Assembly (NCBI GenBank): GCA_963674785.1
Contig: OY771555.1
Coordinates: 1,280,001 to 1,344,000 of the forward strand
Origin: Caldisericia bacterium
GTDB taxonomy: Bacteria; Caldisericota; Caldisericia; JAAYUI01
Direction of reading: 5' to 3'
Length of the DNA: 64,000 nucleotides
Made by a program: the position numbers and the translations under genes. Below the pieces are notes generated by a model. It was not told the origin of the DNA and did no database searches. It saw nothing but the letters and a program-made list of their open reading frames with translations. Below, piece by piece: positions 51,942 to 61,500 of this stretch (within the stretch, counting starts at the first letter, position 1; the number at the start of each line of letters is the position of its first letter).

Positions 51942-54899
51942 ATGAGAAAAATAAAATTCGCGGTGGTTGTGTTTGTTTTGTTTGCCCTTTTGGTGATGCC
52001 AATTGTGAATGCAAATGGTTTTATCCCAGAAGATAATGATTTAAACAGGTATATTGTTGAACTCAACGACTATTCAAGATTCCCAAATTCATACTCTCTC
52101 ATGTTAATGTCTCATGCGAATTTTAAGGCTAACCTTGCTATGGTCTGCCCAGATGCCTACACACTGTTTGAGTACGATACAGGAATTTCTGGATTTTCGG
52201 TTTCTTGTTCAGATGAGTCGATCAAGAAGATTTCATGTTTTGAAGATGTGAGATCTGTAACCATGGTCAGATATGCCTATCCTCATCTCTTTAATTCTGT
52301 CGAAACAACGGGTGCTACTGAAGTGTGGCAGATGAGAGATGGTGTTGACAAAAACATAACTGGTGATGGAGCACTTGTTGGTATCATCGATACAGGAGTA
52401 CATTACTATCATCCATCTTTGGGCGGTGGATTTGGTGATGAATACAAAGTTTGTGTCGGATACAATTTTGTAGATTATTCACCAGATCCATATCCGATGG
52501 GAACTCATAGTCACGGAACTCATTGTGCGGGAATTGTTGCTGCAACTGGACTTCCAGGGGTTGCCTCGGGTGAGCCAACACCAACAGGTATTGCACCAGA
52601 TGCAAAACTTGGAGCATACAATGTTTTTGGTTCACGTGGTGGAGCACCGATGGATGCAGTTATGATGGCTCTTGAGCAAGCTTTTGAAGATGGTTGTGAT
52701 GTAGTAAACCTTAGTCTTGGAAGCGAATATGTCTGGGCTGATGAGCCGTATTGCAAATTGATTGATAATCTTGTTGATAAAGGCATGGTTGTTGTTGGTT
52801 CAGCTGGAAATGAGGGAAGAAACTCAAGAGAAGATTTACCGTTCCAGGTTAGTTCGCCTGGTGGAGCTGAGTATTCAATTTCAGTTGCTGCAATGAATGA
52901 TGCCGGTATAACTCTTTTTAGTTATGGCGACGAATCCTTTATTGTTCAGTATATGAGTTTTTCTGAAAAGGTTGAAGACAGAGTATCTGGCGAGCTTGTT
53001 TACTGCGAAAAAGCAACGGTTGAAGATGTTGAAGACCTTGACCTAAAGGGTGCTGTTGCTCTTGTGGAGCGTGGAGACCTGACATTTTTTGATAAAGCGA
53101 AAAATGTTGAAACACAGGGTGCCATTGCTTGTGTTGTCTTCAATAACAAACCTGGTGAGTTTGGTGGAACTTTAGGTTCAAAAGGTATATCAATCCCAGT
53201 TATTGCAGTATCTGATGAGGTAGGTGCAGAGCTTCAGGAATATCTTGGGGAAGAGGTCTCCTTCAAGTATGATGAGAGATTAGGTCTTATGGCTGAGTTT
53301 TCATCACCCGGTCCAACAAATGACTACAGACTTAAGCCGGATATGTCAGCACCTGGATTCCAGGTTTTGTCAACCGTTTATGATGAAAGTTATCAAAGAT
53401 ATAATGGTACAAGTATGTCTGCTCCAACTGTTGCTGGCGGAGCAGCACTTGTTATTCAAGCCCATCCAGAATGGACAGCACATGATGTAAGATCATCTCT
53501 CATCAATTATGCGGTTCCACAGGTTGACCTTAAGGGCGATTTACATCCCATTCTTTCTCAGGGAACCGGAAGAATGCACATTCCTTCCTCAGTAAATGCA
53601 ACTGCTCTATTCAAGCCAACTTCAATCTCTGGTGGGTGGGTAGAAGAACCATTTACAACCTCAATTGATATTAAGAATGTAAGCGGTTCAGATATGTCAT
53701 TATTTGTAGATCAACTTATTGAAGGTGAGGAAGCCTCACTTGAGTTTGGTAAACTAGATATTCCATCTGGTGAAACCTATAAGTATGAATTCACACTCGG
53801 CGATCAGGCAAAAAAAGGTGAAAATACTGGTTATTTGATTTTCACAGATGGTAAAAACACTGCAAGAGTAGCTTATCTTTACTATTATGGAAAAGAACCT
53901 GTCGTTGATACTGTATCACATATGAATGTTAAAACACCGGTATTCTCACCAAATGATGATGATGTGCTTGATTACTTCCAGGCTGATATAAGTTTCAATA
54001 AGCCGATTTCTGGTGTCGAGTACACCTTACTCGATGGCGACAGAGAAGTTGAAAAAATACTTGGCTACTATTACGAATACGTTTCCGGTGGAATGTGGAA
54101 TTTCAATTGGGACGGAAAAAGCGATTACGATGTAATCTCTGATGGTAAGCATTATCTGGAATTCTACACACTTGATTTTAATCTCGACCCAAAAATAAAA
54201 AACAACTGGGAAAAACAGGGCGAATACGAATTCTATTCCACAACACAACCGCCTGAGGTTGATATTGATGAGTATGAAGATTTTGTTGTTAATGATGATA
54301 GTATAACAATTACAGGTACAATATATGATTTCCTCCTCGACTCAGATCTTGGAAAAGATGCTATAAAAGATGCGTTGCTCTTCAGTGATGCAAATCCAAG
54401 AGAGCCTACACCAATCGACTTTGATTCCGATGGTGATTTTGAATTAGATCTCAACCTACACTCCGGAGATAATTATTTTGGAATATATCTTGTCAATGCT
54501 GGTGGTCTTGAGGGTGGTGCTGAGATTGTAATTACATCAGTTTCAATGATGGAAATTGAGATTTCAGACACACTTGTTATTGATGGTGAAGATACAGGCA
54601 TTGAGGTTGTTGATATTGATGGTGAGGATTTCATAAGGTTGGAGGAGATGATTGATATTCCAAACGGAATTGGTTATGAGATTGATGGAAAAGATATCTA
54701 TCTGTTTGTTGGTCAAAAATCTCTCTGGATGAAGGTTGGCGAACCATTAATGATAACAGATATGGGAATCTCTTTCTGCGAAGCCCCAGTTATTGTTGAT
54801 GATGAAGTCATGGTTCCAATTACTGATGTGCTTGATGGTTTTGGAGCTGAGTTTGACGAAAAGACTTCAATGTATACCCTTATGTGGATTGCAGAATAA
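51942..54899 (+). CDS. Secreted S8 (Vpr-like) serine protease with PA domain and C-terminal stalk-like domain
   Basis: IIDTG, HGTHCAG, NGTSMSAP triad; PA insert VALVERG; FSPNDD...WDG module. Confidence 0.92.
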   Translation: MRKIKFAVVVFVLFALLVMPIVNANGFIPEDNDLNRYIVELNDYSRFPNSYSLMLMSHANFKANLAMVCPDAYTLFEYDTGISGFSVSCSDESIKKISCFEDVRSVTMVRYAYPHLFNSVETTGATEVWQMRDGVDKNITGDGALVGIIDTGVHYYHPSLGGGFGDEYKVCVGYNFVDYSPDPYPMGTHSHGTHCAGIVAATGLPGVASGEPTPTGIAPDAKLGAYNVFGSRGGAPMDAVMMALEQAFEDGCDVVNLSLGSEYVWADEPYCKLIDNLVDKGMVVVGSAGNEGRNSREDLPFQVSSPGGAEYSISVAAMNDAGITLFSYGDESFIVQYMSFSEKVEDRVSGELVYCEKATVEDVEDLDLKGAVALVERGDLTFFDKAKNVETQGAIACVVFNNKPGEFGGTLGSKGISIPVIAVSDEVGAELQEYLGEEVSFKYDERLGLMAEFSSPGPTNDYRLKPDMSAPGFQVLSTVYDESYQRYNGTSMSAPTVAGGAALVIQAHPEWTAHDVRSSLINYAVPQVDLKGDLHPILSQGTGRMHIPSSVNATALFKPTSISGGWVEEPFTTSIDIKNVSGSDMSLFVDQLIEGEEASLEFGKLDIPSGETYKYEFTLGDQAKKGENTGYLIFTDGKNTARVAYLYYYGKEPVVDTVSHMNVKTPVFSPNDDDVLDYFQADISFNKPISGVEYTLLDGDREVEKILGYYYEYVSGGMWNFNWDGKSDYDVISDGKHYLEFYTLDFNLDPKIKNNWEKQGEYEFYSTTQPPEVDIDEYEDFVVNDDSITITGTIYDFLLDSDLGKDAIKDALLFSDANPREPTPIDFDSDGDFELDLNLHSGDNYFGIYLVNAGGLEGGAEIVITSVSMMEIEISDTLVIDGEDTGIEVVDIDGEDFIRLEEMIDIPNGIGYEIDGKDIYLFVGQKSLWMKVGEPLMITDMGISFCEAPVIVDDEVMVPITDVLDGFGAEFDEKTSMYTLMWIAE

Positions 54900-54914
54900 C
54901 GGAGAAAAGCTGTT

Positions 54915-55613
54915 TTGAATTGGATTGACTACATAATTCTTATTGTTGCAATTTGGATGGCCATAAAGGGCTATATGCTCGGATTATCTGGAGCATTATT
55001 GAATACCATTGCAACACTTATCGGCTGGGTTTCTGCATTACTCCTTGCTGCACCTGTTAAAAACCTTTTACAGGCATCATTTGGCTGGGTCTCAAGTCTT
55101 GCTGGATATATTGCACCAGCAATTCCTGGAAAACCAATTCCTGGTGGAACAGACCCGGCTTCTGTTCTTGCAAGCTCTGGTATACCAGAGTGGGGTAAGA
55201 GTGTTTTAGAAAGAATTATTGACCCCAGTTTTACAGTATCTACAACATCTGACCTGATTGCATACTGGATCGCAAACATCATTATCGTGATTGTCGTCTT
55301 CATTGTCCTTCTGGTTGTTTTTGGAATCCTTGCAAGATATTTGATGCGACAGGTAAAACTGGCGTTACCGAAGGAAGGATTCTTCCACGATTTTGATAAA
55401 CTGATTGGTGGTGCGGTGTATTTCCTTCTCACCCTGTTTGTAATGGTGGGGTTGCTTGTGATTTTTGTGGCACTATTCCCTCAGGAGGTTGCGGTTAATT
55501 CTCCAGTGGGAAGCTATGTTTTGGGGTCGTTTTTTGGTGGGCTTGTTTATTCTAATTTCCTGGGGGTTCAAACGGTTTATGGGTCGTTGCTCCGTCTTGT
55601 TGTTGGTTACTAG
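54915..55613 (+). CDS. CvpA family membrane protein
   Basis: MNWIDYIILIV...KGY...G; DKLIGG. Confidence 0.85.
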   Translation: MNWIDYIILIVAIWMAIKGYMLGLSGALLNTIATLIGWVSALLLAAPVKNLLQASFGWVSSLAGYIAPAIPGKPIPGGTDPASVLASSGIPEWGKSVLERIIDPSFTVSTTSDLIAYWIANIIIVIVVFIVLLVVFGILARYLMRQVKLALPKEGFFHDFDKLIGGAVYFLLTLFVMVGLLVIFVALFPQEVAVNSPVGSYVLGSFFGGLVYSNFLGVQTVYGSLLRLVVGY

Positions 55614-56973
55614 TTTATTGCTGGCTTTATCAGTAATAGTCGTACCTGCTGGGTATGTAACCCAGCAGGGCGAAGAACCATTAATTAGGGTAAAGCTTTC
55701 AAAAAATCCTAAAACATTTACCCTTGGTGCGACAGGAAAATTCAACATCAATGAGTACGCAAGTGGAAAAACGCTCTACACTGGTGAAGGTGTTTTGCAA
55801 TGTTCTTTTTCAGACTCTGAATCAATGAGTTTTTCAATCTTTGTTGATACCTTCTACACAAGGGAAGATGCAACAAATTTTGCAAAAGCAATGCAAACAA
55901 GATTCCCTGAAGAGGTAGAAGTTGCTATTCGAGCGGATGGCAATCTGTTCAGGCTCGAGATGGGAAAATACAAATCAGAAGAGGAAGCTCAGCAAGCCCT
56001 TGATACATATCTTTCGGATATTCCGAGTGCTGTTTTGGTTGGATCAATTGGTCTGGCAATTCGAATCGGTGACAAGCTGGTCTTCAGACCACCAACAAAC
56101 ATGGAGCTTCTAAATCTTGTAAGTATTGAAGCAATTGATGGACTTGTAAAATACAAGGACAAAAGATACAGAGGAACAATTACTCTCTGTATGAATGAAG
56201 AAACATTTTATGTAGTCAACAGATTACCTATGGAAGACTATGTAAAGGGTGTTACTCCTGCAGAGATGCCTGCAACCTGGGAGCTCGAAGCGGTAAAAGC
56301 TCAGGCAGTTTGTGCAAGAACATATGCAATAAGGTATGATAGTGACGTCCCAGCTTATGACATCTGTAATAATACTGATTGTCAGGTTTATATTGGGTAT
56401 GAACACGAACACAAAAATACCAATCTTGCGGTTGAACAAACTCGAGGAGAAGTTGCTGTGTATGATGGGCAGTTGATTGGAACATATTTCCATTCAACAT
56501 CTGGTGGAATGACAGAAAACTCTGAAAATGTCTGGGTTACTCCTCTTCCATATTGCAAAGCCGTTGATTCACCAGGTGAGGAAATCTCATCAAAACATAC
56601 ATGGATGAAAATCTATTCGATTGATGATTTTTCAGAACGTATTGCAAAAGCTTCTGGAAAAGATATTGGTAAGATATATTCCTGGAGGGTGCTCGAGCGA
56701 GGGGAATCACCAAGAATAAAGAAGTGTGAATTTACTGGAACGAATGGAAAAGTTACGGTTAGTGGTGGAAGTACTGAAAGAAAACTAGGGCTTTATGATA
56801 GATGGTTTGATGTTTTGTTTATTCCAGAAAAGGTTGTTGTAGTAGGTCATGGATGGGGTCATGGGGTTGGTATGCCACAATATGGGGCAAGAGCCAGAGC
56901 AAAAGAGGGAATGACCCATGAACAAATCCTTAAGCACTACTTCACTGGGATTGATGTGGTGAAGTGGTATTAA
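55579..56973 (+). CDS. SpoIID/LytB peptidoglycan lytic transglycosylase with SPOR-like domain
   Basis: EDYVKGVTPAEMP, EAVKAQAVCARTY, CQVY, GHGWGHGVGMPQYGA; start uncertain. Confidence 0.9.
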   Translation: MGRCSVLLLVTSLLLALSVIVVPAGYVTQQGEEPLIRVKLSKNPKTFTLGATGKFNINEYASGKTLYTGEGVLQCSFSDSESMSFSIFVDTFYTREDATNFAKAMQTRFPEEVEVAIRADGNLFRLEMGKYKSEEEAQQALDTYLSDIPSAVLVGSIGLAIRIGDKLVFRPPTNMELLNLVSIEAIDGLVKYKDKRYRGTITLCMNEETFYVVNRLPMEDYVKGVTPAEMPATWELEAVKAQAVCARTYAIRYDSDVPAYDICNNTDCQVYIGYEHEHKNTNLAVEQTRGEVAVYDGQLIGTYFHSTSGGMTENSENVWVTPLPYCKAVDSPGEEISSKHTWMKIYSIDDFSERIAKASGKDIGKIYSWRVLERGESPRIKKCEFTGTNGKVTVSGGSTERKLGLYDRWFDVLFIPEKVVVVGHGWGHGVGMPQYGARARAKEGMTHEQILKHYFTGIDVVKWY

Positions 56974-57019
56974 ACCGTATATACGTTTGTATGTATTTAT
57001 GATAATGAAAGGAGGCAAT

Positions 57020-58510
57020 ATGCGAAAATTCTCTATTTTGTTGTTGACTGCTGTTTTGATATTCGCATTTTTTGCACCAGCAAAACCGACAGAAGCGGTT
57101 GTTTTGAATCCGACACTTTGGATTTCTCCACAGAAACGATTGGTTGCCACGGGTTCAAGTGTTATTGTTGAAGTAAAGATAACAGAGGCAACTTTTTCAT
57201 ATGGTCTGAATTGCCAAATTGAATACGACCCTCAGATGCTTGAGATTGATAAAGAAAGTGTTATTGAGGGAGAATTCTACAGGCAAGATGGGGCACCGAC
57301 ATACTTTTTAAGAAAGGTTGACAACGTAAAAGGCTTACTGATTGTTGGTGTGTCAAGATACAACGATAGAAACAATTCATATGGTCCTGTCGCCGGGGAT
57401 GGGTTGGTTTTCTATTTTGTTGCAAAGGCAAAATTTGTTGGTGAGGCTGCCCTTTCATTTAACAGTGTCGATATGGTTAACCTTAGGTATCAGCAGGGAG
57501 AAACCTTTATGGAAGAGGTCTCATTAAAGACTGAGGAATCATTTATCAACTGTGTTGCCAAAGATAATGTTGCACCTGTTGTTACAATTACAAAATCCCC
57601 AACTCCTGAGACAAATGAAAACATTGGAAAATTCAAGTGGAGCGGAACCGATGACAGTACTCCTCCTGATAGAATCCAGTTTTCATACAAACTCGAAGAC
57701 CCGGTTGCAGGTGGGAGATGGTCGGATTGGGAATACCGAACAGATGCTGCTGTCACATTCCTTCGTGAAGGCAAAAATTGTTTTTTTGTGAAAGCAAGGG
57801 ATGAAAGAGGAAATGAATCAACCCCGGTCTCTTTGTGTATTGAGTACGATATGACCGGACCAACACTCGAACTTCAGCCATTGCCACCAGAGGTTTACGA
57901 TCCTACGCTTGAGGTTTGTGGGATAACTGATCTTCCTGAAACTGGTGTATCACTGCTTGTCAATGGAGCAAGAGTACCAATCAACAGCAAAGGTGAATTC
58001 TGTCAAACCTTGAGGTTGTTTATGGGCACAAACACGGTTCACGTTTCAGCAATTGATAAAGCAGGAAATATGGAACAGCAGTACTTCACAATCAACTACA
58101 TCACAAAAACAAAGGTCGAAATGTGGATCAATAATCCTAACGTTTTGATTGATGGAAAGTCTACAATCTGCGATCCTGCTCCATTGATTGTTGCGGGAAG
58201 AACAATGGTTCCTCTAAGGTTCCTAAGCGATGCATTTGGTATGGATATTGAGTGGATTGCAAGTAGCAGACAGATTGATATTACATGGTCTGAGGTAATT
58301 TCCGGTCAAAGAATAAGCCACAAGATGATGATGTGGATTGATAAAACCACCTATAATCTTGATGGTAAAACACAGGTCATGGATTCTCCTCCAACAATCA
58401 TCAATGACAGAACTGTTGTGCCATTCAGATTTATCGCTACAGCGTTTGGAGCCGAGGTTGAATGGGATGGTAATGAACGCAAAGTTACCATTGAGTATGT
58501 GAGAAGATAG
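57020..58510 (+). CDS. Secreted cohesin-like + Ig-like + stalk domain protein
   Basis: Signal peptide; VEVKI...IEYDPQMLEI...VAGDGLVFYFVAKAK; GRTMVPLRF and RTVVPFRF stalk motifs; SD AAGGAGG. Confidence 0.85.
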   Translation: MRKFSILLLTAVLIFAFFAPAKPTEAVVLNPTLWISPQKRLVATGSSVIVEVKITEATFSYGLNCQIEYDPQMLEIDKESVIEGEFYRQDGAPTYFLRKVDNVKGLLIVGVSRYNDRNNSYGPVAGDGLVFYFVAKAKFVGEAALSFNSVDMVNLRYQQGETFMEEVSLKTEESFINCVAKDNVAPVVTITKSPTPETNENIGKFKWSGTDDSTPPDRIQFSYKLEDPVAGGRWSDWEYRTDAAVTFLREGKNCFFVKARDERGNESTPVSLCIEYDMTGPTLELQPLPPEVYDPTLEVCGITDLPETGVSLLVNGARVPINSKGEFCQTLRLFMGTNTVHVSAIDKAGNMEQQYFTINYITKTKVEMWINNPNVLIDGKSTICDPAPLIVAGRTMVPLRFLSDAFGMDIEWIASSRQIDITWSEVISGQRISHKMMMWIDKTTYNLDGKTQVMDSPPTIINDRTVVPFRFIATAFGAEVEWDGNERKVTIEYVRR

Positions 58511-58525
58511 AAAGGTAATGATATA

Positions 58526-61500
58526 ATGAGAAAAATTCTATCATTTGTTTTGACATTTTTGCTTATTTTTACAAGTTTTGTAATTTATCCAGCAGCAAAC
58601 GCTGGTAATGCTGTTTCAGGAAGTGATTGCTTTCCAACATACAAGGCGAATAACTTTCGTGATGGAGTTTATGGTGGCACACAGATAAATGCGCCAGAGC
58701 TCATACAGACATGGGAGTACAAAGGTAAAGCAAACCTTACAAATGCCCCGGCTGTTTGTGGAAACAGAATCTATCTTGCAGAAAACAGCAGGATGATGAC
58801 CTGTATTGAGTATCTTACAGGTAAAGTCCTTTGGCAGGTTGAAGACCTTGTCAACTTCCCTGTTTCAACCCCTACTGTTTGGCTTGGCAGTGATAATCAG
58901 TTTGTTTATGTTTCAACAGGTGGACAGATTGAAAGGGAATCCGTTCTTTATTGTTTCGATGCAAACACAGGAACTGAAATATGGAAATGGGAACCTAATA
59001 GAACAGGAACTGCAGGACAGATTTGCTCAGGTCCAACACTTGTCACATATGAAGATGGGCTTGAGGCTGGACAAGTCTGGTTGATTGTTGGAGTAAATGT
59101 AAGTGGAGGAACGGCACTTTTCGCACTTGATGCAAAAACTGGTGTTTTGATGTGGGGTGGTTCTGGAATTGGACTTGGTGCGATTTCTCGATCTGATCCT
59201 GTTATTGCTGAAGGAAAAATTTTTCAGCTCACAGAGGATGGAACACTTTTTACTCTTGATCTAAAAACAAAAGCTGTTATTGGTCAGACTCTTCTTAATG
59301 AATCTGATTTGTATGAATTCCACAATACACCTGCATATCACAATGGTGTTCTCTATTGTGCATCTCGTGGCAAAACAAATACTGATGAAAAAGGCAAGAT
59401 ATACATGGTCGAAACCGCCACAGGCGGTGTTTTGGGTAAGACCTATGGAATTGATCAATTCAATAAAGCTGGTCCAACCATATATGATAACGGAGAAAAA
59501 GTAACTGTTATTATTGGTTCAGATACCGGAAGAATCTATTCCTTTGATGGGAATGATCTCCATATGGTCTATAGTGTCAATATCAAAAAACCTGTCACAA
59601 CAGACATTGTTTTGAGTGGGAAATATGGTTTCTTGGGAGCGTCAAACAATTTCCTGGCAATAAATATCGAAACGGGTGGAACAGTTTTCTCACAGACTCT
59701 GGGTAACTCAATCACAATGCATCCAGTCATGACTGCAGGAATGGTATATGTTGCATGTAATGATGCGAAACTCTATGCGTTTTCTGATCATGATGACTTT
59801 GTAGTTGATGTGCTGCCTCGAACCGACACAATTTTCTCTGGTAACAAAAAATCATACACGATAGTTGTCACCGCGACAATGGACTTTGATTCTCCGATGG
59901 TTTTGAGAGCTAGCGGACTTCCAACAACAATCACAGCAACGTTCAGTAAACCATTTGTCTACCCTGGAATCGACGAGCAGGAAGTTGAGCTCACAATTGA
60001 GGCCGATGAAGATGCCTCACCTGGTAACTATATCTGCAATATAATCGGTGTTCTTCTTGGTCGCGAGAGAAATACAATTCTCCAAATCCAGGTTGTTCCA
60101 CCTCTCACCGGTGATTTCAAGATGTCAATCAGCCAAGATCAGCTTACCCCAATGAGAGAGATCGAGGCTGGTGATTCAATCTCATATCAGATAAAAGTTG
60201 AGGCAATTGGCGGATTCAACGCTGAGGTTGCATTCTTTGTAAATGATGAGAGTCTTCCATCATCAATTGATGTCATGTTTATGCCTGATAGACTCACACC
60301 AGATGGATATATAACAGCAATTGTCAGCACTGATACATCAACTCCTGCCGATAAATACAACATTGAAATTCAAGGACATGCTGGAGGAAAGGTTCGAACA
60401 ACTGCACTTTGGTTCACAGTTGGCGGATTTGATACAGATGACTGGCCGATGTTCCAGCATGATTACAACAGAACTGGTCAAGTTGAAGAACCATTCCCAG
60501 AAAATCCTGAACTTAGATACTCTGCTTATCTTCCATCCCTTTTTGATTTAGATATTGAAGAGGGTGAGATGAAGATCAGAACTCAGCCAATCGTTGCACT
60601 TGGTATGGTTTATGTTGTTGCTGAGTGGGAAGCTGATGAGGGAAGCGGAGATATTCACGAATCAGCAATCTTTGCTCTTGATGTTTCAACTGGTGAACCA
60701 AAATGGATGTATCAGTTTAACAAATCTGTTTCTGTTCCAAAATTTGGAAGCGATGATGATGAAAAATGGCCGGTTTTGAGTACTCCTGCAGTTGATGTTG
60801 AAAATGGAAAACTCTATGTCGGATCAATTGATGGTGCGTTCTATTGTTTTGATGGTGAAACTGGCTCAAAAATCTGGAGTAGAAACACAAATCCACTCAT
60901 TGATATCAGGGGATCAGTTTTAATTATTTATCCTGATAATGAAGGCATTAACTCAAAAAAAGTGCTTTTCCCAACAAGAACCGGGCATGTTTATTGCTTC
61001 TCTGGTGAAGACAACGATAAAAAACTTTGGGACAGAACACTTCCATCATATGTCTACAGTGGTCTGACATATGGCTACAATAAGGTATCAAAACAGGGAA
61101 TGATCCTTGCGCCATGTCATGATGGAAATGTTTACGCAATGAATGTTGAAAATGGCGACGATGTTTGGTCGTCTCCTGCAGGTGTTTACGAGTTTAACGG
61201 TGCCAGTACAATTGCTGTTGACTCTGATAAAAATGATTTCTATGTTGCAGGCATGATGGGGCCAAGAGGTGAATGTTTTGGTAATTCGCAGGTACAACGA
61301 AGATATCTTAGTAACGGGGATATGGGGCCATGGAGAGCAACATTTGGCCCAGTTTCGGGATCCCCCGCATTGTTCATCAATACAGCAGGTAAAACAGTAT
61401 GTCATGTGACCTCAAACCACGGTAAAACAAACAAGATTCTAACTCGAACCGTCAGATTATGGAGACTTGAACACGAGAATTTCTTAAATCTTCTTGACAA

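Noticed and set aside
55579-56973. Evidence for sporulation from SpoIID
   Set aside because: SpoIID/LytB domains are widespread in non-sporulating bacteria and no other spo genes are present
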